DNA of 64,000 nucleotides, from NCBI RefSeq assembly GCF_964204645.1, contig NC_134033.1, positions 640,131-704,130 on the forward strand. The letters run 5' to 3'. Positions within the stretch are counted from its first letter, which is position 1. Each line of letters opens with the position of its first letter. Both the position numbers and the translations under genes were made by a program. Under the pieces are notes generated by a model. The model did no database searches. It had not been told where the DNA came from and saw only the letters and a list, made by a program, of their open reading frames with translations. The stretch comes from Tubulanus polymorphus. Lineage: Eukaryota; Animalia; Nemertea. Below are positions 1 through 13,231 of the stretch, piece after piece.

Positions 1-641
1 CTTATTCTCTTTCTCTATTTCAAAAAAAATTCTATTGCTGTGATATATCTGATGAATATCCTAGCTGGAGATATTGAATCAGTGATAATAAACACTAGTG
101 CTTGATAATGTACTAAATGCCTGACCTACTGTTTGTGTTCATTTCAAGTTTCTCAATGTTTAGAATTTTGACTAAAGAAAACTCTAAATTTGATGTTTAC
201 AAATCACCGAGACTCACCACAGAAATTACTAAACAATTGAATAATCTCACGTTAGTAATTAGGATAATTACTGAGTAATTTTATATTTTTAATTACAGTA
301 ATTACCAAAACATCCAGTGATAGAATTTTCTATGTTTTATTTGATTGTTAATTATTTCCCTGATAAAGAAAGGAATTCAATGATTTGAATTTCTGTTTCA
401 GTTGAATTGAACCTCTCTACTCTGGTACCCGGCTCAACCCAGTTGTGTTAACTTATCGCATTTATTTTCTATCAAAATTAGAATCTTTCAGATGTTTCTA
501 TCTTAAGTAGTTTCTTAGATAAGATGACTCAATTTCAGCCGGGTTCACTCGGGTTCAGTTTTAGGCTCAAAACACTTTGACATTCATGAATTAAACATAC
601 AAAATTTTACTCTCTTCTATAACCTTTGCCTCTGGGTGCAT

Positions 642-798
642 TAGGCTAAACAAAAATGATACCTTGTTTCTCCGCAGCGGCCGGGTCATTTTTGTAAAAT
701 ATGATAAAATTAATGTATAGGGTAGATAGGCGGCCGGCCGGGTCAACATTTAAGCTCAGCAGAGCGGAGAAACAAGGTATCAATTTTTTTTAGCCTTA
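642..798. mobile_element. MITE-like element with terminal inverted repeats, copy 1
   Basis: taggctaaa..aatgataccttgtttctcc at the left end pairs with ggagaaacaaggtatcaattttttttagcctta at the right end. An inverted, diverged copy is at ~11012-11196. Confidence 0.7.
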
Positions 799-914
799 TG
801 TCAGCTCATATATATAGTGGTAAACAGGACTAATGAGCTAATTAAGGGGGTGTAGCCCTCGACTATGGGGGTTTCTATGTATAAAAAGTCTGGAGAGTTT
901 TCTTACAATTTCAG

Positions 915-3410
915 GGTAAACACATGTATCAATTGATGGATTTATTCGCATTGCCCGAGATGACTTTACTTTCAAACGTAATCAATGTAAGTTTGAAAAT
1001 ACAACGAATAAGATTCGTTTTGATTTGGAAATCGGGCTCGACTTCTTTCTGAGTTGAAATTACTTGACTTTTGATAAGTCAATGCTGCGTAGATATCCAT
1101 TTTAAACTCATTACACATATATTTGTTTTTCAGTATTTCCATCTGAACAATATTCCTTACGATCCCGAATACGTTTTCTATGATGTAAAAGTAAGTGAAT
1201 CGCAACTTTCTAAATTTCGAATCGAATGATTACATTATTTCCTAATTGATGGTTATGTTATTTCAGAGCGCTGTACAGGGATTACACTCCACCGGTGCCC
1301 TGCATTCATGTGTCGTAAAAGATCTCGGTAAATTATAGTTTCTGAAGTAGTTTAAAGGAATCTTTAGAAAGATTTGATAAAATGATCAATTTTGTTGAAT
1401 GATTCTGGGAAAAATCTTGATCTTACAGACTAAGGGTGTCTAAGTTGGTTGTACACAGACTCTCTTAACCTTAAAGTTGATTGCCTTGGATTCTGGCGTA
1501 CCTAACAATACAATACAAATTATTTACCCTAATTCATCGTAACAATCACCCATCCTTGCCATAGCTACCCCAGAATTCTCGCGTACTTCAGAGTTCACTG
1601 GTTGTGCGAGATCAGAGGCAAACATCGAGTCAACTGGAGCAGCAAAAACCCATTTAAAAAAGAACAATATGAAATACTTTAACACTTTCTCTGCTCTGTT
1701 TGATGTGAGATTGTTTCCTCTATTGATAGATGAATACATGACAGACGGACGCGGTATACAATCAATGCTTAATCGTTTAAAAGACAACAATAAAAAACTG
1801 TTTCTCATCACGAACAGTCCGTTTTCATTCGTGTAAGTAGAATTAAACTCACTGGGCGCCTAGGAATAAAGTGCTTAAGTCAATTTTGTTCATCTGGGAT
1901 CGCTTTTTGGGGAATAATGCACAATTAATCGTGATGTAATTGCAGTGATCGAGGAATGCATCATATCGTCGGCCCTGATTGGACGGATTTGTTCGATGTA
2001 ATCATAGCCAGTGCTAGAAAACCAAAATTCTTCAACGAATCAGCGAGGTAAAGTTCTCGGAATGTTCGCACGTTCGTCTAGTGCTATTTCAATTGTACGG
2101 AATGTCGTGACATTCTTTTTGCTTTAATTTCAGGCCTTTTCGGCGACTAGACAAATCACAGCGTGTTCGAACGTTCGGTCGAGTGACCGAACTTAAAAAG
2201 GGGGAAATATATTTAGAGGTAAACAGATGATGTCATAGGGAGAGTTGAGCTTTGTTCATTATCTTATCTAGAGATTTTTAAAATGATCTTGCGTATATTT
2301 TTCCGTGAATTCTAGGGAAATCTTGCTCATTTTCGAGAAATGACGAAATGGTTCGGATCGAAAGTTCTATATTTCGGTGATCATGTTTATAGCGACCTAG
2401 CGGTATGTTAAAGTAGTATCCGGTGAAAATCCACTCAGAATCGTATTTAGATCGTTTTTACAACGCTTGGTTGTGTCTTTTTTTTTCAAGGATGCTAATC
2501 TAAAACATGGCTGGAGAACGGGAGCTGTAATTCCGGAATTAGAAAACGAGATCAAAGCTTTAAATTCGCCGACGTTTAAACATTCAGTTCGTTGGTCGTC
2601 TGCGTTACAGGATCTCATTCATAAAATGCAGGTAGGAATCTGCTCTGTTTGTTTCTCTACCAGGCTGAGCTCTGGTGGTGGAAGCTTATTGAGATACAGT
2701 GGAAGCTCATTGAAATCTTTATTTGCAGGTTTATGAGGACGCAGAATCGCAGGCAATTCTGAATGAATGGATGAAAGAAAGGGATGAACTGAGGTACATT
2801 AGAAACTTATACACTCTCTTAGAACTGAGTTCCCTGATTCTCAACTCAGTGAAATATTTACAGCAGTCTCAACACGACCGAGTTCCCTGATTCTCAACTC
2901 GGTGAAATATTTACAGCAGTCCCAACCCCACCGAGTTCCCTGATTCTCAACTCGGTGAAATATTTACAGCAGTCCCAACCCCACCGAGTTCCCTGATTCT
3001 CAGCTCGGTGAAATATTTACAGCAGTCCCAACCCCACCGAGTTCCCTGATTCTCAACTCGGTGAAATATTTACAGCAGTCCCAGCCCTACCGAGTTCCCT
3101 GATTCTCACAATCTATTTTTCTCAACTTAAATTTTGCTTCTCTTTCAGTCCAGATCCTGTCATTAATATCCTGTTCTCCCAGTATTTCATGATCTTTTCT
3201 TGTCTATTTTTCAGAGTTGTAACTAAACAGGTGTTCAATCCACAGTTCGGTAGTTTATTTCGTACGCATCACAACCCGACCTATTTCTCGAGGCGTCTCG
3301 CGAGATTCGCCGATCTTTACATGTCTTCAATCGAAAACTTACTGAACTATTCAGTAAATTATACGTTTTATCCTCGACGCTCAGCTTTACCTCACGAGGT
3401 TTTACTTTAA
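915..3410 (+). CDS. NT5DC3: 5'-nucleotidase domain-containing protein (NT5DC2/NT5DC3-like, cN-II HAD family), 3' part; 5' exons lie outside the window
   Basis: GT/AG exons in continuous frame: 915-986, 1134-1190, 1267-1327, 1730-1832, 1946-2047, 2134-2218, 2316-2402, 2491-2631, 2729-2793, 3215-3410. They give family motifs [106 protein letters not shown] and [13 protein letters not shown]. Confidence 0.92.
2826..3110. repeat. Intronic minisatellite, ~53-bp unit
   Basis: Tandem gagttccctgattctcaactcggtgaaatatttacagcagtcccaaccccacc, about 5.5 copies. Confidence 0.9.
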
Positions 3411-4236
3411 ATTCAGTCGTTTATAGAACAGAAATATGTCCTCACGCAGTTATTGTTTTAACGCTGGCCCAGTTTTTTTAGGTACCATAACTCAAAACAT
3501 TGAAATGGCTTTTTCATTGTGCGTATAAAGTGAATATCTAGTCTATTACTGGGCCCTGTCTAATCGTAACTCCGAAACGTTTTTAAGCGTGAGTAAATAT
3601 TCTAAGGTTCCAATCAAAGGTCCTGCTTACTTGAAATTAATGACTTACGATTCTGTTAATGGATTTATGAAAAAATGCTGCTCGGTGAAAAAAGTGTCGT
3701 TTGAAATAATTTCGCACCATATCAAAAACCAAAGGTATACATGTATTTTATAATATTCTACGTAGACAGACATTTCGAGGAAGATAACTTTGTAATTCAA
3801 TGATATCATAGAGGGATCTATGTAAGGTCTTTGTACTAATTTGCATAATTCTGAATTCATCGTTTGAGATGATGACGTCAATACATGTATATAGCAGATC
3901 ATACAATGCTAGTCGAAACGAAATTGATGATGTCATCACACAGGGACGTACGTAAGCTGCTTATTAGCATATTCCGAATTTATGAGCGATGTATTAGATA
4001 ATTATGGGTATTATTTTGAAATAGTATCTGTTTGAAATATAAGGTACATTGTATATAAAATGTAGAAATATAGTTACAACGTTTATGGTATTGTTATAGG
4101 GAATTGTTGTTGCTTTGCTCAATAGTTATCAGTACTAAAACAGTATTGAATAGTATTGTCAGCTTTGCCATTGTTGTTGACGGTACTTGTCAATTATCGA
4201 GTCCTGTAATGAATATCTCCTCCGCGACGAGGAAAA

Positions 4237-4359
4237 CCTTGGAGCATGGACGTATAAACTAGAATATATAGTTTATACGCCCATGCTTGGAGTAATCATT
4301 CAAATGATTGCTCCAAGCAGGGAAGTGTGATGAGATCATCACACTTCCCTGCTCCAAGG
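4237..4359. repeat. Nested palindrome: three adjacent hairpins enclosed by an outer inverted repeat
   Basis: Outer ccttggagca/tgctccaagg. Inner gcatggacgtataaact/agtttatacgcccatgc, gcttggagtaatcatt/aatgattgctccaagc and gcagggaagtgtgatga/tcatcacacttccctgc. Confidence 0.8.
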
Positions 4360-5250
4360 GAAAACGTTTATTTCAATCGCTTCTACAACCTGTTCTGTGT
4401 TACCATTGGTCGGTTGGCTGATACGAATTGACCAATCAGGAGTGGCTTTTACATCTAGAATTCTCATTAAATCGTTTTCTAATGATTTGACGTTTGAAGA
4501 TTTTTACCTTGATACGAATTTTAAATTATATTTCGATTTTCTGATTGTTTTATCGATTTTTAAATTCTCGGATTATTTTTTTTCGCGTGTGAAGAATTTT
4601 TGTTGATAATTTCTGTGATATCCATTATTTTCCTGATGATTAAATTGTTTATTTCTCAGAGTCGAGAGAGGTGTTGGAAGAAGTGGGAGTGCCCCTTCGT
4701 GGATTTAATCATATGCAAATTTATTTGTGAATCGATTTAATTTTCTAAAAACAACTTATGCAAAACTTGTTTGTTTTTAATTCAGTATTATTTGTAAAAA
4801 TACACACGCCATACGTAATAATGATTTTTATCACGGTCATAATGACGTCATATCGACATTTCGATGACAACGAATTGACCTATTTTAAGTGGGAATCTCT
4901 CAACTGTCCCGAAGTGTCTTTTCCCTGCAGTACGAGCTCACCTGTGCTGCTGCTGCTGTTGTATATAGAATAGACGTGTATTTATGATGGTTGAATTGTT
5001 TCTGATCTTCTCTCAGTTGATTCAAATGATCAGATGTGATTGTTAACGTTTTTTAACGAGTGCGAAAAAGATCGAAAAAATTGTAAAAACCATTTTACAA
5101 ATGTTTCAAATATAGAGAGAAAAAAATACAAAATCGATGTCTTTGCTGTTAATTAATGGACGATTGAAGAGTTGAAGCTAAAAAGAATTTACATAGTGGA
5201 TTCAGAAGCATTATTCAGTCATTCCTGTGTGTCTAAACATCAGTCTTGAA

Positions 5251-5362
5251 AGCTATGGACTATGTGTTAATTGGAGGCTATGGACTATGTGTTAATTGGA
5301 GGCTATGGACCATGTGTTAATTGGAGGTTATGGACCATGTGTTAATTGGAGGCAATGAACCG
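5251..5362. repeat. 25-bp minisatellite
   Basis: ggctatggac(t/c)atgtgttaattgga, about 4.5 copies. Confidence 0.85.
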
Positions 5363-5565
5363 TGTGCAAAACTGTCAGTAAATGTTACGGTTTCAAATTA
5401 AACTTTCTTGTATGTTATCATTGAAGAAGAAACAACTAGGCCGGTTCCTGATCTATTAAGGCAAGGCCACTTTTATAGAACGGTTTTAACTTAAACCCAA
5501 CTAAAAGTCAAACGGGTTTACTCGGGTTTAGAGTAAACCGTTGCTGAAATGTTCGATACCCCGGT

Positions 5566-5808
5566 TTAAAGAAGCTCTTCTCGGGGATCACCATCAACTG
5601 CATACTGATATTCACGCAGGTATTTATCTGTGGCGTGTTCGGCTTGCGATACTTGTCTGGTCCTCCTGCGTCGAGGAAGTCTCGGAGTGTCGATAACTTC
5701 GGCATGTTCTTCTATAACCGGAGGTCTATTGGCGATAGTGGCGCCATCGACGTCGTCCCATAGAGGAAAACCAAGCACAGTTAGCAGAAGAGACATCGCG
5801 AGCATCAT
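5566..5808 (-). CDS. Putative small secreted prepro-peptide (80 aa)
   Basis: Hydrophobic N-terminus MMLAMSLLLTVLG and polybasic RLPRRRRTR site. A splice acceptor lies just upstream of the ATG (~5817), a donor at ~5954-5958 and a TATA box (tatataaaa on minus) at ~6013-6021. This matches the 5'-UTR-exon layout of the neighbouring genes. Confidence 0.55.
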   Translation of the reverse strand: MMLAMSLLLTVLGFPLWDDVDGATIANRPPVIEEHAEVIDTPRLPRRRRTRQVSQAEHATDKYLREYQYAVDGDPREELL

Positions 5809-6888
5809 TTTAATTTCTACAACCGATTATTAAAAAAGCCTGGTTGATAAGAAATATATTCCAGTAATATCAACCCGATTGATTAACAATTCCCACAAAA
5901 GATGGTTGAACAATCCGATGATCTCAATGATTCAATCAATTTACTCTTAATGTTACCTCTTATCTTCATGAACATCAGAAATCCTGCGTGCGTCATGTTT
6001 CCGGCGTCTTCTATTTTATATACACGTACAGTAAATGAATGTTTAATACTGCAGCTGGCCATTAAACTACCATTACACAAAAGAAAAGTATCGAAACAGA
6101 GACACGAATCGCTTGAGTACAAAACAGTTCCAGCGACTGGGACAAGGGAAATAACAATATGGCAGTGCTAAACTAATTTAACTAATTTACAAACTGGACC
6201 GCGATACCTTTTACCAATTCGCCAACAATTTCTACTGTGTCAAGTTGTTCGCATCAGAATCACTTTCCTTTACCAACTAGGCCAAGATGCCCCTGTACAA
6301 ATAACCTCAGAACCCATTTCAACTCTGTGCCAAAATGTGCAGCACCTATTTGCCAACAACAGGGCAACATTGTCCATGTCCATTGGCTAACAATCCTTTC
6401 CAGCGAATGAACAGGGCCAACCACAGATAGAGAAGTCAACAAAAACGAAACGAAAGATGAATTCCGAAAGGAAAACTTTTATCGTTCGTTATATCAGTGT
6501 GGGATTCTCTTTATACCGTTGTTGACGTCACACAATATACGGACGTATCACCTACGGTTAACGAGGTTAACTAACCCGGAGGTAGATAGTTTCCCATTAT
6601 TGTTATTGCAGGCGAATCAAGAATAACTAACGCACAAAGCCTTCATTTTTGTAACCCTTATAGCACTTTTATTTTTTTTCAATGAAATCTGTCTGAGTCT
6701 TACATTCAATTATACCAGTACTGGAACGACTGTCGTTATGACGTCGTCATCAGTCTGTAACCATCAGATACCTTCGTTCTTCCTGGAAAAAGAATATGGA
6801 TAACGTAATGAACGCCATCGCTGAAGACGAAGCGCGCTCGATTATTTCAGAATAGTTGTTTAAGAAAATTACCGAAGTTGGAATATGT

Positions 6889-6931
6889 CTATTTATCATC
6901 CGTGTAAGTATCTGCAGGTTCTGGTTCTGGT

Positions 6932-6969
<38 letters not shown>

Positions 6970-8717
6970 GTCATCATCTTCACCATCGTCTGACCTTCCA
7001 ATGCCACCATAGTAGCCATCACCACCATCTTCAACAACGATGTAACTATCGTCGTATTCACCGGCCTCGCTACCGTAGCCATCTTCATAATGGATTTCAA
7101 CATCTCCGGCTTCATAGCCGTAGCCGTTGTCATAGTAAGCTTCCTCCTCTTCATAATCATCATCATCATAATGGATTTCAACGTCATCATAACCAGCTTC
7201 ATGGCCATAACCGTTGTCATAATAAGACTCTTCCTCTTCGTGGCCATAGTAAGACTCTTCCTCTCCATAGCCATAGTAAGCTTCTGCCTCTCCATAGCCA
7301 GCTCCATAACCATAACCATCATCGTAATGGATTTCAACGTCACCGTAACCGGATTCATAGCCATAACCGTTGTCATAGTAAGTTTCCTCCTCATCATAAC
7401 CATAGTAGGCTTCATCCTCATCGTAGACAACGGTATTGTCGTAATTATAGTAGTTGTCTCCGTATCCACCAGCGCTTCTACCATATCCAGCTCCGTAGCC
7501 ATAGCCATTATCGTAGTAAGACTCTTCTTCTCCGTAATACGGCTCAGCGGCGTAGTAAGCCTCTTCCTCTCCATATCCATAACCATAGCCATTGTCATAG
7601 TAAGCCTCTTCTTCGCCATAACCATAACCATTGTCATAGTAAGCCTCTTCTTCGCCATATCCATAACCATAACCATTGTCATAGTAAGCCTCTTCTTCGC
7701 CATAACCATAACCGTAGCCATTGTCATAGTAAGCCTCTTCTTCGCCATAACCATAACCATTGTCATAGTAAGCCTCTTCTTCGCCATAACCATAACCATT
7801 GTCATAGTAAGCCTCTTCTTCGCCATATCCATAACCATAACCATTGTCATAGTAAGCCTCTTCTTCGCCATATCCATAACCATAACCATTGTCATAGTAA
7901 GCCTCTTCTTCGCCATAACCATAACCGTAGCCATTGTCATAGTAAGCCTCTTCTTCGCCATATCCATAACCATTGTCATAGTAAGCTTCTTCTTCGCCAT
8001 AACCATAACCATTGTCATAGTAAGACTCTTCTTCTCCGTAGCCACCTGCACTCCTACCGTACACTACTTCAGAACCATAGCCAGCTTCGTAACCATAGCC
8101 ATCATCATAGTAAGCCTCTTCCTCTCCATAATATCCTCCTCCGTGGCCTCCGTAATAGCCTCCATCTTCGTAGTAACCACCCCCATGACCTCCATAGTGC
8201 CCATGTCCATGACCTCCATAGTGCCCATGTCCATGACCTCCATAGTGCCCATGTCCATGACCTCCATAGCGCCCGTATCCGCGGTCATATTCCTCGTGGC
8301 CGTATCCAGATTCCTCACCGTAACCGCCATCAGCACCATATCCAACCTCGTCACTGTATCCTGAATCATCGCTGTATTCGGATTCAGCAGGTGCACTGTA
8401 TCCAGTATCAGCAGGTCCACTGTAACTAGATTCAGTAGCTGGTGCCGCCGGCGCTACTGGTGCCTGATCGTACGTGGCCGATTCTAAGTAACCAGAATCT
8501 TCTCCATAATAGAAACTACGCCCTTCAACTGCTGGGGCCTCGGTAACAGGTTCAACCGTCGGCTCTGTGTAATACATTAAATATCATGTCATTTAGAATT
8601 CATCGTGTGTATGTTGTGATCATATTGATATTTTCGATCAAAGTTTCATTCGTACTTACCATCATCAACGGCCATACAGCACCCAGCCAACAAGGCAAGA
8701 AGCAGTAACTTCCACAT
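6889..8717 (-). CDS. Secreted Tyr/Gly/Glu-rich repetitive protein (~577 aa)
   Basis: Signal exon 8660-8717 (MWKLLLLALLAGCCMAVDD, gtaag donor) splices in phase to exon 6889-8564. Contains YGGHGHGH repeats, about a dozen GEEEAYYDNGYGY(GY) repeats and an (EP)n tail. Upstream UTR donor at ~8855 and TATA at ~8965-8973. Confidence 0.88.
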
Positions 8718-9967
8718 AACTACACATTTATATGAAAAAACAAAAGCAAACATGTTATATCCTGATTAAAACTACTTTGCCAACTATTTGACGGTTCTCT
8801 TTTAAGTTTCTTATAAACTAGGGAATCAGTAATGAAAAAGTAATGAACTTTTATTACCTTTTTTGTTTTCACTTCTTTGAGTTAAAAACGAGATTCCTCG
8901 ACGGCTGAAATCAACAGCCTTGTGCGGTCAATAATAATGGCGCCGAAACACAGTCGACCGAACCCTTTTATAGTCTAGAGTCCGGATAACCATAGATTTA
9001 CTGGCAGACCACGTGTTGAAATTTATGATATTCAAGGCCCAACTTTCATTGTCCGCTCACGTCAGATACATAGGTGATAAACTTCGTTAGGGACATTCGA
9101 AAAATCTGTGCCTCTTGGCGAAGTTACCATAACGGCGAGATTTATGCCGTCTTCTTACGACATTTCGTTCTGAAGGTCGCACAGCTTGCGTCAGGGGTCA
9201 GCATTCCGGATGATTCTAAAATCGAACCACACGAACGAAGAAGGAGCGATCGATATTACAGGGAAACATGTTACCGTTTCTGCGCTTACTATAATAGATG
9301 GTTTTTCGTGTGTTACTTGCGAATAAAACGTAAAATCGTATCACCTCTCATTTGTAAACGTTTGAGACAAATAGCACTTCGAAGGTCACCTAGATTTGCG
9401 TGAAGTACAAGCTTTCGTTACGCAGTTCTATCACTGGTTCACCTGTGAAGCTACTTTAGGCATCAGTAGCACTTTGAAAAGATCTAGCGGTACTTTCTAG
9501 GTACTACTTGTATTCACGTTTATCTACTCGACATCTGGTTATCATGGCTTCGCTGCAATTTTTCTCATTTATAATACCACCATTTGCTATGATTTTCCAC
9601 ACGTTTCGATTCAGTTTCCTATAAAACGTTTTTTCTTCAGTTCATCTTTTTTATATCACGGAAAATGACGTTCTGCTAAACTGCACGTCATGTTTTCCGC
9701 GTCATGTTTATAAAACGTATCTTCAATTGACCGTGAAAACTATGCGAAAGTTAACTAACTAACTTTATTTGTCGCGTTACATGAACAGATAAATCAGAAT
9801 TCTTCTCTAATTTCGAATCTCAAGTTCCAGTCTGCCTCAATTAATATATAGCTTTTGGTTTGAAAAATCCCCCTCTCGGTAATAATAACAGTTCACTTGT
9901 AAATTGCTGATAATACGTAGGGCCTGAAGTGTATTGTCAGTGAATTGAGAATAATCGACTCAAGATT

Positions 9968-10140
9968 CACCACACCTGACTGGTCACCAGTCACCACACT
10001 GACCAGACTAACTTCCAGTCAATCACTACTGGTCTATGGTCTAATGGTTAGCGTGCTAGACTGGCAGGCCGGAGGTCTGAGGGTCGAGTCCCAGCTAGGG
10101 TTAGGGTTAGTGACGAGCTAGGGTTAGGGTTAGCGATGAG
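9968..10140 (+). mobile_element. tRNA-derived SINE-like element with TTAGGG tail, copy 1
   Basis: A-box-like tggtctaatgg and B-box-like ggtcgagtcc, preceded by cacacctgactggtcaccagtc and followed by ctagggttagggttag. A related copy is at ~46 kb. Confidence 0.6.
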
Positions 10141-11011
10141 TTGAGCACGAGTCCGACTAACTACGCTTAGGGCCACGGTCGAGCCGTATTCCATACTACG
10201 TGTCTCACGGTTTTAAGCCTCCTTTTCGAATAATTATATTTTTTTACAGGTCGCTGTCGTAATTCTCGATCGATCTATTGGTGTTAACCAGCAGATTGTT
10301 TAGTTAAACCTAGTTCACAATAAGCATTGTTCTAGCAGTGACGCAGTGAGGCAGTCGTGTACGCACACTCCGCCACGCCCACCCCACTGATATTTTTATC
10401 AGTATGTGACACCTGCAGACACACCTGCAGCCATCTCTCCGCGTATGCTTGTAATTAATCGCCTTCAATTACACCTGGTCACGACAAAACCGACTCCTTC
10501 TAAGACTCGATCCAAATATCTATTCACATTCCACGCGCGATTTAAAAAGAAAAAAACCTTTGAACTGATAATGATTCAAATATTAGGTCAGTCTGTGATC
10601 GGTAACTGTCGTTTCGTCATCTCCCCAGTCAAAGCAGAGCTCATTATCATACAAACGAAAAGATTAATAGAATTATGTAAATATGATATCGATTTTGCAA
10701 TTAGAGAGAATTATAATTACTGATAATAAATTATGCGGCGATGCATAAAAATTCGCGTAATTTTAATGTTATAATGAAACATATTGCGACCAATAAATCG
10801 AATACAATCATGGCGTTAAATTCATTATAGGAACAAACCCGATCGGCTTTACAAGTCTTCTTATCGAGACCGACGTCGAAAAAATGGTTTTCAATTCTAT
10901 TTCAGAACCCCCTGATATCTCATTGACAGAGTGGGTTCTTTGTCTCATGGATGAAAAGACAACCACGAAAGATCAGTAAAGCAGAACGATTCGAAATCGA
11001 AGGTAGGTATT

Positions 11012-11196
11012 CAGGCTAGAAAATGAATACTTTGTTTCCCCTTTCTGCTGTTGACCCGGCCGGCCGCCTATCTACCCTGTACATAACATTAAAATCACGA
11101 TAAGCTATAGATATGAACTGATTACAAATTTCATCGCAGTTTACAAAATGACCCGACCGATTAATAGAAACAATTGGTATCATTTTCTTAGCCTTA
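11012..11196. mobile_element. MITE-like element, inverted copy of 642-798
   Basis: Carries gttgacccggccggccgcctatctaccct (reverse complement of the core at ~718-748) and aggcta.../tagcctta ends. Confidence 0.65.
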
Positions 11197-11599
11197 CAGA
11201 AGGACTCGTAGCATTTTTGGTTTGGATCTGACCGCGCGCGAAGTCGTCAGTTTTTTTAACCCAGTGTTAGGACGAGGATGAAATAATAGCGGAATATTAG
11301 ACACATGTAGAAAGATACAACTCGTTGTGACAGATGGATTTACTCCGAGGAGCCTATAACATCAATAGTATGTTGTTAACGGCGTGGAGATATGCGGAAT
11401 GTGGATCGAAGTCTTTATCGAAAAGGTAAGCATTTTCCAATTGCTGAGGAAGTGGATTTAATTCCACTATAGAAACGTCGTAAACCGTGTAGAAAGTATT
11501 ATCAATTAACTCAAGCTTTAAAACAGATGATCAACGTGTCACATAGTTCCATATCTTTTTGAATGTTCCATTGCGACTTGATTTGACCGTAAGGCTTGT

Positions 11600-11790
11600 T
11601 TCACAGTTGACTGGGTTTCATTTGACTATAGATCCAGTTCCACAGCTGGGTTTAATTTGACTCTTGAACCTAGTTCCACAGTTGCGTGGATATAATTTGA
11701 CTTTGGATCCAGTTCCACAGTTGCGTGGATTTAATTTGACTCTCGAGCCAGTTCCACAGTTGTGTGGGTTCAATTTGACTCTCCAGATTT
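11600..11790. repeat. ~39-bp minisatellite
   Basis: ccagttccacagttgcgtggatttaatttgactct variants, about 5 copies. Confidence 0.75.
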
Positions 11791-13231
11791 GCGTGGGTTT
11801 AACTAAAACGTCATTTCTGATGATGCAATAACACGAAAATAGAAATCCACCTCACCCTCCAGAAAAAATGACCGCCTTCCTGCATTTTGTTTTCGTATGT
11901 GATTAAATTGACGAACCTTAACAAACACAAATAGGTTAATATGTAAATTCCATCCATGACGTCATAGGGAGATTCTGTGATGACGGCCATTTTGTCTGTA
12001 TTCATGTATTCAAGAGCTAGCGGAAACGTGTTTAGATTCAGTACCGCAGACGAACAGCTCTATTCTATAACGAGTAGGTTGAAGTTTTTCATATGTCACC
12101 TGCATCAGTTCAACTTCGATGGATACGTTTTCGCGAAAGACAATAACAGCTGAACAATGGCCGCCGCCGCCGCCGCCGGTACTGGGCAGCAATTGTAGAT
12201 GATATTTATTCACCCACTCGTGCAAAAATTATTAATTACTTTTACGCAGTTATATAAAGCGCACCGCTTGAATTCTTTATTAGCAATAGAATCCACATTA
12301 AAACCCACTCCGGAATACGGTAAGCTATCGGATATTTTTCGAAAAATTATACATGATTTTCGATTTTTACCAAAAAAGCCGTTTTCTATTAACTTCTATT
12401 TCTAGCTGCGGATGCTAAATTTTAGACACTATATGCAATTAGATATTTTTTGATTCTGTTAAAAAAGTTAAAATTCTAAACCTAACTCAACTTGAAAATC
12501 TCTATCACGTCTTTCCGAAAACAATTTTTTAATTTCTTTTAGATTATTCAAGCAATATAAACTGAATCAAGAAAGAGATTTATGGATTATAAATTTTGGC
12601 CGATATATGTTGACACATGTAACCATCTTTACTTTAATCCTCAATGAAATATTGATATATCATTTCTTGGGACGAAATCTTAAGTCACTAATCTATTTAT
12701 TTTTCTATAATATGTTTCGACCAAAATAAACTATAAAGATTATAATGCAACCTCAGTAAACTAACGGAGGATAGATATCTGTTAGCTCTGGAAGATCGGT
12801 AATTTGGTTAAAGATAACCGGCGGGTCAATACCGTGATAACAATCAACTTTTAATAGTCAGTACTCTCCACCGGTTAACTCTAATCAACTTTTGAGCGCA
12901 TGGCCCTGTGGTCAATTGGATCTTTGTTTGCGCAAACAGGTTCATATTGACCTGAAAAGAACCGAACTTGAAATCGGTGTTAATTCCGATTCAGATAAGT
13001 TTTTTACGAATGTACTTATTCCGATAATGAAAAGTCTTTATTGTCAATAGTAAACAAAACGCATTTTGGATCGAATTTTATATCAACATAAAAATATTTA
13101 TGTCGGGCAGCCAAAACATGTCAAACATATTTTTTGTGTATACATACATGTAAATAGAAGAAAAATGATCTAAAATGTTCACTTAGGTTTTTTATTCACG
13201 ATTTCTTTTCTCTGCAGTGGATTGAAAGAAG

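Noticed and set aside
2826-3110. CRISPR-like regular repeats
   Set aside because: Eukaryotic intron, units have no unique spacers, and there are no cas genes.
6750-8429. Long alternative-frame and antisense ORFs (433, 514, 424 aa; likewise 30940-31647, 33434-34158, 37740-38391)
   Set aside because: They are stop-free shadows of the repetitive coding strand. Only the minus-strand Gly/Tyr frames have signal exons and in-phase splice sites.
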